Below, one piece after another: positions 44,986-53,346 of a DNA stretch of 59,633 bases. The DNA comes from a virus. Location of the stretch: IMG/VR virus record IMGVR_UViG_3300025324_000002, positions 1 to 59,633 of that record, one strand, 5' to 3'. The translations under genes were made by a program, and so were the position numbers. Every line of letters begins with the position of its first letter. Position 1 is the stretch's first letter. Under the pieces are notes generated by a model, which was not told the origin of the DNA, ran no database searches, and was given only the letters and a program-made list of their open reading frames with translations.

Positions 44986-45180
44986 ATGATGTTATCTAGT
45001 CCGCTGTGTGTTCTTTGCGGCCATACCCACGTGTATAGCGGCGTCAGATACGACGACTGTCCGTACTGCGCGTGTGAAATCTACTCGCCCAAAAATCAAA
45101 CTGTGAAAAGTGGCATAAATTATTGGAGTAATAGACAGCGAGCCGTGGTTCGCCGAAGGGAAAGGGCACGGCATGGTTGA
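44986..45180 (+). CDS. small zinc-ribbon protein
   Basis: CVLC...CPYC. Confidence 0.4.
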   Translation: MMLSSPLCVLCGHTHVYSGVRYDDCPYCACEIYSPKNQTVKSGINYWSNRQRAVVRRRERARHG

Positions 45181-45235
45181 GTTGGCAATGCCTACCGCTA
45201 AGTATTATAACCCTCCCACAAAGGAGGGCGACGAC

Positions 45236-45388
45236 ATGGCAAAAAAGAAAGACCCTGGGGCGGTAAGGCTTGGCCGCAAAGGCGGGCTGGCAAGGGCGAA
45301 GAAGTTGAGCAAGGAAGAGTTGCACCGGCAGGCTGTGTTTGCTGGTAAGCAAGGCGGGCGACCGAGAAAGAAAAAACCAGTTGACTAA
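45236..45388 (+). CDS. small basic protein
   Basis: AAGGAGGG RBS; KKDPGAVRLGRKGGLARAKKLSKEE. Confidence 0.4.
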   Translation: MAKKKDPGAVRLGRKGGLARAKKLSKEELHRQAVFAGKQGGRPRKKKPVD

Positions 45389-45410
45389 AGCGTAGCGCTA
45401 CGGTATTGTT

Positions 45411-45746
45411 ATGCAGCAATCCAAGCCGGGCATAAAGCTGAATCCGCTAATAGCCTCCAAGACAACGCCGATATTTGAGGCGGACCCGAAGCGATACCAG
45501 CGAATTTGCCGCTGGGTTTGGACGCAGCAAAAACGGGGCTGGCCGGACGAAGCGATAGCGGAGGCGCTCAGTCTGGCCGGCACGAACATTCACAGGGCCG
45601 ATAGCTGGTGGAAATATCTGACGGCATTGTTACCGAAAGGGAAAGGGCGCGCGGCGGAAATTGAATCAACTCGCCATAAATCGGAAGTGGGAGAGATCGC
45701 GGGCGAGTTTGTTGAGTTTCTAAAGCAAAAGAGAGGGGCAAAATGA
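45411..45746 (+). CDS. hypothetical protein
   Basis: 111 aa; ATGA overlap with the initiator gene. Confidence 0.45.
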   Translation: MQQSKPGIKLNPLIASKTTPIFEADPKRYQRICRWVWTQQKRGWPDEAIAEALSLAGTNIHRADSWWKYLTALLPKGKGRAAEIESTRHKSEVGEIAGEFVEFLKQKRGAK

Positions 45747-46264
45747 AAGAACGGATTAACCCATATAACATGTTCGTCGGCTCATTTATTCCGAACTGGC
45801 TATTAGAGCAGCCTGAACTAAGCTCGAACGCGAAACTTGTCTATGGCCGGCTTTGCCAGTTTGCCGGGAAAGATGGGCGGGCATTCCCGACTATCGAGAC
45901 TCTTAGCGTGAAGACGGGCCTTTCTAAGAGTACAGCCGAAAGAGCCCTGGCTGAACTTAAAGACGCCAAGCTTATTGACGTTGAAAGACACGGGTTGAAT
46001 CAGCCTAATAGCTATTTTTTTTTACGCCATAAGTGGATGGATGGGAAACCGGATACGTCACCGGTGACGTATCAAGATACTTCAACGTTGACGGATCAGG
46101 ATACGTCACCGGTGACGTACATAAGAGAATCAGAAGAAGAGAATCAGTTAAGAGATCCCGCAAGGCGGGCGCCTTCGGCGGGTTCTTTAAAGAAATCAGG
46201 ATCGGGAATGACACCGGAAGCGGCCAAGGCGCACCTTAAACAACTGCGCGAAGGACTGAATTGA
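45743..46264 (+). CDS. replication initiator, winged-HTH (lambda O / DnaD-like)
   Basis: LSSNAKLVYGRLCQFAGKDGRAFPTIETLSVKTGLSKSTAERALAELKDAKLI; carries internal iterons. Confidence 0.65.
   Translation: MKERINPYNMFVGSFIPNWLLEQPELSSNAKLVYGRLCQFAGKDGRAFPTIETLSVKTGLSKSTAERALAELKDAKLIDVERHGLNQPNSYFFLRHKWMDGKPDTSPVTYQDTSTLTDQDTSPVTYIRESEEENQLRDPARRAPSAGSLKKSGSGMTPEAAKAHLKQLREGLN
46051..46119. repeat. putative origin iterons inside the initiator gene
   Basis: GGATACGTCACCGGTGACGTA at 46051..46071 and 46099..46119; GATAC+TTCAACGTTGA between them; GATAC phased every 24 bp. Confidence 0.55.
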
Positions 46265-46373
46265 CTATCCTCGGGGGTGCTGTAGGTAGAACGGGTGTGT
46301 CTAAAATCAGGAGAATCGTCACCACGATGCCGGAAGCAAGTCCCTTATTGTTCAGAGGTAGGAAGGAAAGACT

Positions 46374-46874
46374 ATGAGCAAACATGCAAGGTCATTAGTT
46401 CCCAGGGCAAACAGCTCAGTGGTTATTGCTCGCCTTCTGCATTCCGAGGGTTGGACCGAGCACGTGGCTGCGACGTGCCGTAGTTATTGGCGCAGGGTCG
46501 TTGCAAATCAATCGGATAAGGCGCAGCGGCGTATCGAACATATCGAGCAAGCGTTTAGGGAGACTGTCACAGCGAGCATGACAGCAACGCAAAAGCAAAT
46601 CTTGGGAAAGTTTATCTCATTACGTGAAAAGGCCGCCTTTGACACTGGGTTTATAGTTGGGTTTATGACTTCTCTTTATCCTGAAGAACTGCCGAGCGCC
46701 GCAGTTAAAATAGCCGAAAAGAACGGATATTTGAAAGGGTTAAAGAAGACTTGGTATTTGTCGCAGGACCTTAGATTAACACCCTTGCAGATTTCAACGA
46801 AGATTAGGGATGCCATTGACGAAGCGGAACATGAGCAAGAAGTAAGCCAACCTCCGGCGCATACGGGAAATTAG
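46374..46874 (+). CDS. hypothetical protein (replication-module position)
   Basis: 166 aa after the initiator. Confidence 0.5.
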   Translation: MSKHARSLVPRANSSVVIARLLHSEGWTEHVAATCRSYWRRVVANQSDKAQRRIEHIEQAFRETVTASMTATQKQILGKFISLREKAAFDTGFIVGFMTSLYPEELPSAAVKIAEKNGYLKGLKKTWYLSQDLRLTPLQISTKIRDAIDEAEHEQEVSQPPAHTGN

Positions 46875-46898
46875 CGAAGGGATAGGGAAGGGGGTCAT

Positions 46899-47186
46899 AT
46901 GACAGAGGATGAGTCATGGGATGAGCTTCGCGCTTTGGTCGATAAGCAGCAAGCGGAGATAGATGACTTGAAACCAGCAGCGGCTAAGTGGTGGCAGGTC
47001 TATCAGGATCAATGTGAAGGGGCGTATGTGGAAGCAACGATAGTTAAAGAACTAAAGAAAGATATTCAGAGGTTAAAGGATTCACAAGAGTTAGCGTTAA
47101 AATTTCTACTTGATACCAGACATTCATGGAATGGCCCGATTCATCGTGCGGCAAAAGAGTTGGGTTATGAAGGGATAGGGAAGTAA
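46899..47186 (+). CDS. hypothetical protein
   Basis: 95 aa. Confidence 0.45.
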   Translation: MTEDESWDELRALVDKQQAEIDDLKPAAAKWWQVYQDQCEGAYVEATIVKELKKDIQRLKDSQELALKFLLDTRHSWNGPIHRAAKELGYEGIGK

Positions 47187-47199
47187 TGCCCACAGGTCG
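47184..47199 (+). repeat. 16-bp direct repeat, copy 1 (TAATGCCCACAGGTCG)
   Basis: Identical to 47425..47440. Confidence 0.9.
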
Positions 47200-47214
47200 A
47201 TCAGAGGAGGAAGC

Positions 47215-47427
47215 GTGACACGAGAACAAATAGAAAAAGCGGCAGCCGAATTTTTCATTGATTATGAGGAAGATATTGTAACAAGCTGCCCGCTAGAGGA
47301 CTTCGCCATCCAGCAAGTCAACGCGGCGCTGGAAGAGGCGGCGAAGGTTTGTCAAGACGATAGGATCTCTGCTTGGGGACAAGGGAAAAAATTTAGGCGA
47401 GCCATCCGTGCTCTCAAGGTATCCTAA
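47215..47427 (+). CDS. hypothetical protein, paralog of 52033..52227 (cassette between the 16-bp repeats)
   Basis: MTREQIEKAA...QQVNAALEEAAK versus MTREQIREAA...QHVNAALEEAAN. Confidence 0.45.
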   Translation: MTREQIEKAAAEFFIDYEEDIVTSCPLEDFAIQQVNAALEEAAKVCQDDRISAWGQGKKFRRAIRALKVS

Positions 47428-47440
47428 TGCCCACAGGTCG
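47425..47440 (+). repeat. 16-bp direct repeat, copy 2
   Basis: Contains the functional start of 47427..47660. Confidence 0.9.
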
Positions 47441-47660
47441 CCCCAAAACCGACCGCAGCCGACCGGTAATCAAACATTCGCGCCTGGGCGACCCGTTCTC
47501 GATCGCGAATCGGCGCCGGACTAGGAGCGCGATGGCAACCGGTAGAGATCTTTTGGCGCGTACGGTCACGTGCGGGGCTTGCACGGCGACGTTTCGAGAT
47601 GAGTATTGGCGGGACGATCATCAGCGGCGATTTCATGGACCTAGATTTGGAGAGAATTAG
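47427..47660 (+). CDS. C2H2-type zinc-finger-like protein
   Basis: CGACTATFRDEYWRDDHQRRFH. Confidence 0.45.
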   Translation: MPTGRPKTDRSRPVIKHSRLGDPFSIANRRRTRSAMATGRDLLARTVTCGACTATFRDEYWRDDHQRRFHGPRFGEN

Positions 47661-47675
47661 GGAAAGGAACAATTT

Positions 47676-48002
47676 ATGGAAACTGAAAAATTTGACCAGT
47701 GGGCGATCATCGAGATATTTGGTCATACGCAGATAGCCGGCAAGGTTACAGAGGCGGCTATCGGCGGCTGCTCTTTCATCCGTGTCGATGTGCCAGAGTG
47801 CAACGGCAAACCGGCGTTCACTAAATACTACGGCCAGGGAGCGATCTATTCCATGACGCCGTGCAGTGAAGAGATCGCGCGCGCGGCAGTCGAAAGTATC
47901 AGACCAGCGCCGATCAACGTGTATATGCCCCAGTTACGCGCCCTGCCTGCCAATGTGGACGGCAGCCCCGACGAGGATATGCCCGACGAGGACCGATATT
48001 AA
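47676..48002 (+). CDS. conserved phage protein
   Basis: WAIIEIFGHTQIAGKVTE...FIRVDVP...YYGQGAIYSMTP pattern recurs in phages. Confidence 0.5.
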   Translation: METEKFDQWAIIEIFGHTQIAGKVTEAAIGGCSFIRVDVPECNGKPAFTKYYGQGAIYSMTPCSEEIARAAVESIRPAPINVYMPQLRALPANVDGSPDEDMPDEDRY

Positions 48003-48081
48003 TACTGTATCTTGGTTTGGAGAGGAGGCGAGGACGTGAGCGGCAGAATTAAACATCTCTATCCGCCGAATTGGTGAATTT

Positions 48082-48558
48082 ATGAAAAAACATGGTCACA
48101 GGGGTTCTAATTACACATCTCCAACGTGGTTTTCTTGGCGAGCCATGAATGAAAGATGCCACACGCCCGGTACAGCGGATTATCCTCGTTATGGTGGACG
48201 CGGAATTACGGTGTGCGAACGCTGGCGGCAATCCTTTGGGAATTTCCTTACCGACATGGGCGAACGTCCAGAAGGCACAACGTTGGAGCGTGAAGAAGTA
48301 AACGGGAATTATGAATCGCAAAACTGCCGATGGGCGACAAGCATGGAGCAGGGTGCCAACAAACGGAGCAACGTATATTTAACATTCAACGATAAAACAC
48401 AGCACATAAGAGCATGGGCTAGGGAACTAGGGATTGATCGAACAACTATTTCGTGGCGTTTAAGACACGGGCAAACCACGGAAGAAGCTCTTACTGGGCC
48501 TATTAAATCAAGAGCGGAACGAGGGATTTTAGGATTGAAGGCTAGAGGGCTACTTTAA
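48082..48558 (+). CDS. conserved phage DNA-binding/endonuclease-like protein (YGGRGI family)
   Basis: YPRYGGRGITVCERWRQSFGNFLTDMGERPEG...NGNYESQNCRWAT plus a C-terminal HTH-like region. Confidence 0.5.
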   Translation: MKKHGHRGSNYTSPTWFSWRAMNERCHTPGTADYPRYGGRGITVCERWRQSFGNFLTDMGERPEGTTLEREEVNGNYESQNCRWATSMEQGANKRSNVYLTFNDKTQHIRAWARELGIDRTTISWRLRHGQTTEEALTGPIKSRAERGILGLKARGLL

Positions 48559-48905
48559 TGCCAATGGATAGAAAGCTATATCCTCCTGACTGGGAAGAAA
48601 TTTCCCGTCATATTCGGTTTGATATCGCAAAGGGTCGTTGCCAGTGCGAGGGCGAATGCGGACTGCATCGTACCACGCCCGGCCCGCGCCGCTGTATCGA
48701 GAAGAACGGCCATGAAGCAAAATGGGCGAGGGGTAAGATTGTCCTGACCACGGCGCATCTTTGCGAATGCGATCCGCTGTGCGGGAACGAGGCGCACTTA
48801 AAAGCTATGTGCCAACGTTGCCACCTTCGAGTAGATCAGGACCTGCACGCGAAGAATTCCAAGGCGACACGGCGCAGCAGGATGGCCGTGGGGGAGTTGT
48901 TTTAA
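48558..48905 (+). CDS. HNH endonuclease
   Basis: CQCEGEC...TAHLCECDPLCGNEAHLKAMCQRCHLRVD. Confidence 0.6.
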   Translation: MPMDRKLYPPDWEEISRHIRFDIAKGRCQCEGECGLHRTTPGPRRCIEKNGHEAKWARGKIVLTTAHLCECDPLCGNEAHLKAMCQRCHLRVDQDLHAKNSKATRRSRMAVGELF

Positions 48906-49402
48906 TGATTTTCATCGGCATAGACCCTGGGCAAACCGGAGCGGTGGCCTGGATACAGTCCGGAGAAATAGTCGGCAATTTTGGCGTTATAGATGCGCCG
49001 ATTTTGACCGTAGAAAAAAACAAAAGCATACGGCACGAAATGGACCGCGTAGGTATGGCTAGAATCGTCGAGGATATTAAAAGCTTGGTGGCTCCGATGA
49101 GTCGGATTGTTGCCGCCGTGGAGCGCGTGCACAGCATGCCCGAGCAAGGCGTGGCTTCATCGTTCAGTTTTGGCATGGGCTATGGAATTTGGCTTGGTAT
49201 CCTTGCGGCTTTCGAAATTCCCGTGGACCTCGTTCACCCTACGCGCTGGAAAAAGGTCATGATGGATGGCATGGGGAAAGAGAAACAGGCGTCCATGGTG
49301 CGGGCGAAGGAACTATTTCCGACTGCCGAGTTGTCCCTAAAAAAGCATCATGGGCGAGCCGATGCGCTTTTGATCGCAGAATACAGGCGCCGATTAGGAT
49401 GA
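48905..49402 (+). CDS. RuvC-like Holliday junction resolvase
   Basis: TAATG-coupled start; MIFIGIDPGQTGAVAW ... HGRADALLIAEY. Confidence 0.8.
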   Translation: MIFIGIDPGQTGAVAWIQSGEIVGNFGVIDAPILTVEKNKSIRHEMDRVGMARIVEDIKSLVAPMSRIVAAVERVHSMPEQGVASSFSFGMGYGIWLGILAAFEIPVDLVHPTRWKKVMMDGMGKEKQASMVRAKELFPTAELSLKKHHGRADALLIAEYRRRLG

Positions 49403-49413
49403 GCGATAACAGT

Positions 49414-49489
49414 TTCCGCCCCGTGGTTGCCCGGGAAGGTAACGACCCGGCTGGTTTAGATCGCCAGTTTTCACGGCCACGGGGCGGAA
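49414..49489 (+). other. 13-bp-arm inverted repeat after the resolvase gene
   Basis: ttccgccccgtgg (49414..49426) / ccacggggcggaa (49477..49489). Confidence 0.7.
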
Positions 49490-49491
49490 TT
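49475..49491 (+). repeat. 17-mer GGCCACGGGGCGGAATT, copy 1
   Basis: Ends 31 nt before the ATG at 49523. Confidence 0.85.
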
Positions 49492-49522
49492 AAAAACAGA
49501 GGCGCAGTGACAAGGAGGCATA

Positions 49523-49699
49523 ATGAGGTATCCTAAAGAACTATTTATTTACGTTGTTGATAAACTGAATGACGGGACTCCATGTTTTGGGGCAGTGCCG
49601 GATATTAACGAGATTTCTGAAGATCAGGCCGGCGAGAAAATTGCCATTTACACCTTGAATCGGCAAATGACTTTTAAGGTCAAACGGGAATTGACTTAA
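49523..49699 (+). CDS. hypothetical small protein
   Basis: 58 aa, below the track cutoff; AAGGAGG RBS. Confidence 0.4.
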   Translation: MRYPKELFIYVVDKLNDGTPCFGAVPDINEISEDQAGEKIAIYTLNRQMTFKVKRELT

Positions 49700-49734
49700 C
49701 AGTGTTGCCGCGAGGTAACTGCGATGAGACCAGG

Positions 49735-49751
49735 GGCCACGGGGCGGAATT
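49735..49751 (+). repeat. 17-mer GGCCACGGGGCGGAATT, copy 2
   Basis: Ends 29 nt before the ATG at 49781. Confidence 0.85.
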
Positions 49752-49780
49752 CAATAGAGCGTTTTTAAACAGGAGGGAAT

Positions 49781-50035
49781 ATGGATTTTAAATTTAATCT
49801 TGGCGATAAAGTCAAGCATAACTTGACAGACTACCAGGGTACGATCATTGGCCGAACACAGTGGCTGAGCAACTGTAACACCTACTCGGTCAAGGCGCGC
49901 GAGTTGAAGGATGGGAAGCCTATCGAATCACAAGCATTTGACGAACCCGAATTGACACTCGTTCAGCCCGAGACTCACCCCGCGCACAGGGAAACTGGTG
50001 GGCCAACCGAAGCGGTGCGAAGAACCAACCGATGA
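49781..50035 (+). CDS. conserved phage protein
   Basis: 84 aa; AGGAGGG RBS. Confidence 0.5.
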   Translation: MDFKFNLGDKVKHNLTDYQGTIIGRTQWLSNCNTYSVKARELKDGKPIESQAFDEPELTLVQPETHPAHRETGGPTEAVRRTNR

Positions 50036-50277
50036 GCATGATCGAGACAATCAAACAGGCACTGGCGAGATTAGAGGTCAAAGGCGATTTAGACGAGATG
50101 CATGCTGCCGATATCCATATCCAGTGCAATGCGGTCGAATGGCTCACAGCGCTGGTGGAGTTTTGGGACGCATATAACGGTCATCAAAACTTGGCAATGA
50201 ATAGAGATGAGTTTGTTGTGTCGTATAACCGTCTTCAAGCCGCCCGCAAGAGGCTGGAGGGAGCCAATGGAAGATAA
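50032..50277 (+). CDS. hypothetical protein
   Basis: ATGA overlap. Confidence 0.45.
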   Translation: MSMIETIKQALARLEVKGDLDEMHAADIHIQCNAVEWLTALVEFWDAYNGHQNLAMNRDEFVVSYNRLQAARKRLEGANGR

Positions 50278-50349
50278 AGAGGTCGGGAAACTATGGAACC
50301 TGGCGCAACACTAAGACCGTGACCCCGCCGTGGAAAATTGGGAGGGAAA

Positions 50350-50538
50350 ATGACGGAAGATGAAACGCGAGCGTATAATCGTGCGTTACGCGACGTGCTC
50401 CGTGTGATTATTGGGCAATATTGTAACGGTCATTGTGATCATGAAGTAACGCCGGATCATAAACTCTCGTGTCCAGAGGGGATACGGCGGGCGGTTTTGA
50501 AACTTCAGAAGATGGAGGAGCCGCCCGAAAGAGGCTAG
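50350..50538 (+). CDS. hypothetical protein
   Basis: GGGAGGG RBS; 62 aa. Confidence 0.45.
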   Translation: MTEDETRAYNRALRDVLRVIIGQYCNGHCDHEVTPDHKLSCPEGIRRAVLKLQKMEEPPERG

Positions 50539-50542
50539 AATC

Positions 50543-50698
50543 ATGACCAAAGACGAACGTAAGACACTTGAGAAAATAGACCGATCCTTGCTATCCGCCT
50601 GGCGCGAGTTTGCTTCGGATAACGAATGGGAAAGCGCGATGGAACATTTGCGGTGGGCACGGTCAAAACTGGCTGTGATGCTGAAAGGAAAGCCATGA
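50543..50698 (+). CDS. hypothetical small protein
   Basis: 51 aa, below the cutoff; ATGA overlap downstream. Confidence 0.4.
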   Translation: MTKDERKTLEKIDRSLLSAWREFASDNEWESAMEHLRWARSKLAVMLKGKP

Positions 50699-51009
50699 GC
50701 ACAAGAACTTCGCCGGGAACGTGGCGAGCGTCTGAGGATACGGCGATTGAAGCCGAGTTTGAGGGCAAGCCAGCTCAAATCTTTTCGGCTGCACGAACTA
50801 CGTGGGGGCAGCCAGACGGCGGTAAAAACAAACGGTTTCGTGCAACACGAGCCGCCGATATGGCCTTTGTCGAAATCGCCGACCACCACTTCGACGCCAT
50901 GGAGAAGGCGCTGCGGGAGCTGTGTGAAACGAGCCTTGATACCGAAATTGTCATGGATCATGCCCGCGCTATCCTGCGCGCGATAGATGAGGAAAGGGCA
51001 AAGCCATGA
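50695..51009 (+). CDS. hypothetical protein
   Basis: 104 aa. Confidence 0.45.
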   Translation: MSTRTSPGTWRASEDTAIEAEFEGKPAQIFSAARTTWGQPDGGKNKRFRATRAADMAFVEIADHHFDAMEKALRELCETSLDTEIVMDHARAILRAIDEERAKP

Positions 51010-51158
51010 GCAGTAAAATCCTTCCGCCCTTACGCGCATGTTTGAATTGCCGTGTGTTTGTTAACTGGGGCTGGCTCTGTTGGGACTGCGTCAGAGCGAT
51101 GTTGGTATCAGCAGCCATGGCCAGTGGCGCGATGCTTGCCGCTTGGCTGTGGGGGTAG
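51006..51158 (+). CDS. small Cys plus TMD protein
   Basis: 50 aa; CLNC...CWDC, then a hydrophobic tail. Confidence 0.35.
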   Translation: MSSKILPPLRACLNCRVFVNWGWLCWDCVRAMLVSAAMASGAMLAAWLWG

Positions 51159-51166
51159 GAGACGCT

Positions 51167-51340
51167 ATGACTAAACACACCTGGAAAGTGCATGCCATCG
51201 CTCAGTGTAACGATTGCGGCAAGGAATTTGCGAATTACAAAAACGCTCAAGGATTGGCCGCACAACACGCCAAGGTCTACAAGCATACAGTGAGGGGCGA
51301 AGTTGCCCTAGCGTTTGAGTATGACGGAAAGAAATCATGA
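51167..51340 (+). CDS. small zinc-finger-like protein
   Basis: 57 aa; CNDCGKEF...H...H. Confidence 0.45.
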   Translation: MTKHTWKVHAIAQCNDCGKEFANYKNAQGLAAQHAKVYKHTVRGEVALAFEYDGKKS

Positions 51341-51678
51341 CTACCGACCCCGAGATCACCGACGAGCAGCGCAGGGCGTGGCGATGGATCATGCGGACGA
51401 AAAATCCTGATGTTGTTTGCACGAAACTTGATTATTTCCGTGTCGCCGATGCCTTGCTTATCCAAACGGCGCGGGTGCTGAGGGCGGAGTTTGAGCGGGA
51501 TCATTCTACGACTTTGATGCGCGTAAAAGATGACCATCCGAAATTAGGTGAGCATTGTAAAAAGTGTGGATTCGTTGACGTGCCCAACGTGCCAGAAGAT
51601 CATAGAACACTTGACCCCCGCCACTCCTACGATTGGGCGCAGTGGCTGGAGTTAGCGAATGAGGAGTTGAGCCGATGA
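51337..51678 (+). CDS. hypothetical protein
   Basis: ATGA overlap; 113 aa. Confidence 0.5.
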   Translation: MTTDPEITDEQRRAWRWIMRTKNPDVVCTKLDYFRVADALLIQTARVLRAEFERDHSTTLMRVKDDHPKLGEHCKKCGFVDVPNVPEDHRTLDPRHSYDWAQWLELANEELSR

Positions 51679-51857
51679 AAGAACCCAAAATATTACATGA
51701 AATTAGAAAACGGGTTAAAGAATTTCGGGTTCTCATAATTGTCAGAGTCACTAGAAAATGCGGGCATGAAACCGATTATCCCATGAAAACAAAGTTGAGC
51801 GCATTGCGGCGAATGGCTAAAACCGCATGCGCGGAATGTAGAGAGGCGAACCCATGA
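51675..51857 (+). CDS. small Cys protein
   Basis: ATGA overlap; C...CAEC. Confidence 0.45.
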   Translation: MKEPKILHEIRKRVKEFRVLIIVRVTRKCGHETDYPMKTKLSALRRMAKTACAECREANP

Positions 51858-52036
51858 CCGCGCAAGAAATCATAGAGCGAATCATGTCTCACCATTGGGA
51901 TATACAGGCGTGTCGATGTTGGATTTGCGTCAACGGGCGCGAGCTGGGGTTTAGACCTCGGCCGGAATATTTGCCGCATAACAGCAAAATCAAAGTAGCC
52001 AAGGTTCCGATGATTGAATGGGAGAAAAAGCCATGA
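51854..52036 (+). CDS. small Cys protein
   Basis: ATGA overlap; CRCWIC. Confidence 0.45.
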   Translation: MTAQEIIERIMSHHWDIQACRCWICVNGRELGFRPRPEYLPHNSKIKVAKVPMIEWEKKP

Positions 52037-52227
52037 CGCGAGAACAGATCCGTGAGGCTGCGTATAGTTTAATCAACAATCTTGAGCGGGGGGCGAATGC
52101 TCATGATTTAATTGTTTTTACTATTCAGCATGTCAATGCGGCACTCGAAGAGGCGGCAAATAGCATGCGCGGTACAAATTCGTTTTCACACAGCGAGCAT
52201 ATCCGGTCCCTAAAGGTGAAACCATGA
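52033..52227 (+). CDS. hypothetical protein, paralog of 47215..47427
   Basis: ATGA overlap; shared N-terminus and VNAALEEAA core. Confidence 0.45.
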   Translation: MTREQIREAAYSLINNLERGANAHDLIVFTIQHVNAALEEAANSMRGTNSFSHSEHIRSLKVKP

Positions 52228-52850
52228 CACCACAAGAACAAGAAGCCGCAGAAATGCTCAAGCAGATCGGCTATGATCCCGGTTGGAATTCGTCTCTGTT
52301 TAGAGAGGTCGCTGTCAAGCTCAAGGAGCGCGACGAGCGAATTGCTAATTTAGAGCAGTCCCGGAAAGTCTTGGTAGAGAAACGCGATGTCGAGATCGCC
52401 GATCTGCGCGCCAAGTTAGCCGCGGCCGAGAAGGAAGTAAAGAGGTTAAAGGCAGGTTACGAGTTAGGCCCGGTTGATTCGTGCCCCTGTCCCGGCTGTG
52501 TTCACGAACAAGGGGTGTTTATCCGGTATTGCGCTTTGCATGAGCGGATCGCCGAGGCCGAGAAGCGGGCTGATTGGTGCAATAAATTGTATGACGGGCG
52601 GGAACAATATTTAGTTAATCTAAGAGTGGAGATTTCTGAGCTAAGAGACAAGCTCGTCGCGGCAGAGGCTCACATCGAGCAGGCGTTCAGTTTGGCCGAC
52701 GAAAAGGTGAGAGCCGCCGAGAAGCGGGCCGAGGCGCGGTATGTGGAGGGGATGGAGGCGATGTATAAAATCGCGTCCGATCCTGGATATGTCGTCGAAG
52801 CGACCGTATTGGGTGACATGCGCGCCGAGATCGACAAGGCGCCTGGCTGA
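52224..52850 (+). CDS. coiled-coil protein with CPCPGC motif
   Basis: 208 aa; ATGA overlap. Confidence 0.5.
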   Translation: MTPQEQEAAEMLKQIGYDPGWNSSLFREVAVKLKERDERIANLEQSRKVLVEKRDVEIADLRAKLAAAEKEVKRLKAGYELGPVDSCPCPGCVHEQGVFIRYCALHERIAEAEKRADWCNKLYDGREQYLVNLRVEISELRDKLVAAEAHIEQAFSLADEKVRAAEKRAEARYVEGMEAMYKIASDPGYVVEATVLGDMRAEIDKAPG

Positions 52851-52879
52851 TGCATCCGCGCTGCTAAAAGGAGATTATT

Positions 52880-53107
52880 ATGGCTGAACGGGAGCATAAA
52901 ACAGACGGAACTCCGTGCTGGTGCAATCTGATCAGAGTTAGCTACAAGACTGAATATGACCTTGCTATAGCATTGGCAAATCATGTTCTGGAAAAGGCTC
53001 ATCTTGATCCCGATTCGGACTTGTCCACGCTGGCCCGTCAATTTCTGCGATTGGTTGAACGGTGCCAAGCGCCGGAGCCCAAGGCTAAGGAGCCGAATTA
53101 TCCATGA
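52880..53107 (+). CDS. hypothetical protein
   Basis: 75 aa; AAGGAG RBS. Confidence 0.45.
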   Translation: MAEREHKTDGTPCWCNLIRVSYKTEYDLAIALANHVLEKAHLDPDSDLSTLARQFLRLVERCQAPEPKAKEPNYP

Positions 53108-53346
53108 GCGACTTAGATAATTTTATCGACCGTGATAAATGTCCTCGATGTAAGTGTTGTGAGGCAGATTTTTATAAATGTGAGAATTGTGTTGAAGGAT
53201 ACGTAGGGCATGATTGCGGTGATGATACCTGTTGCTGTCTTGACCCAGAAGATAATGTAATTTGCGATGCTTGCTATGGCAAAGGGTTTTGGTTGATTTG
53301 CCGGGGGAAAGATTGCAAAGGGCAATGTGGAAAAGGGAAGTCATGA
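53104..53346 (+). CDS. Cys-rich protein with DnaJ-type CxxCxGxG element
   Basis: 17 Cys in 80 aa; CDACYGKG. Confidence 0.5.
   Translation: MSDLDNFIDRDKCPRCKCCEADFYKCENCVEGYVGHDCGDDTCCCLDPEDNVICDACYGKGFWLICRGKDCKGQCGKGKS

Noticed and set aside
45381-45413. Promoter TTGACT-17-TATTGT with the GTAGCGCTAC palindrome directly abutting the ATG at 45411
   Set aside because: The predicted +1 would fall inside the ORF, so either the start codon or the promoter call is wrong. This is too ambiguous to report as a feature.
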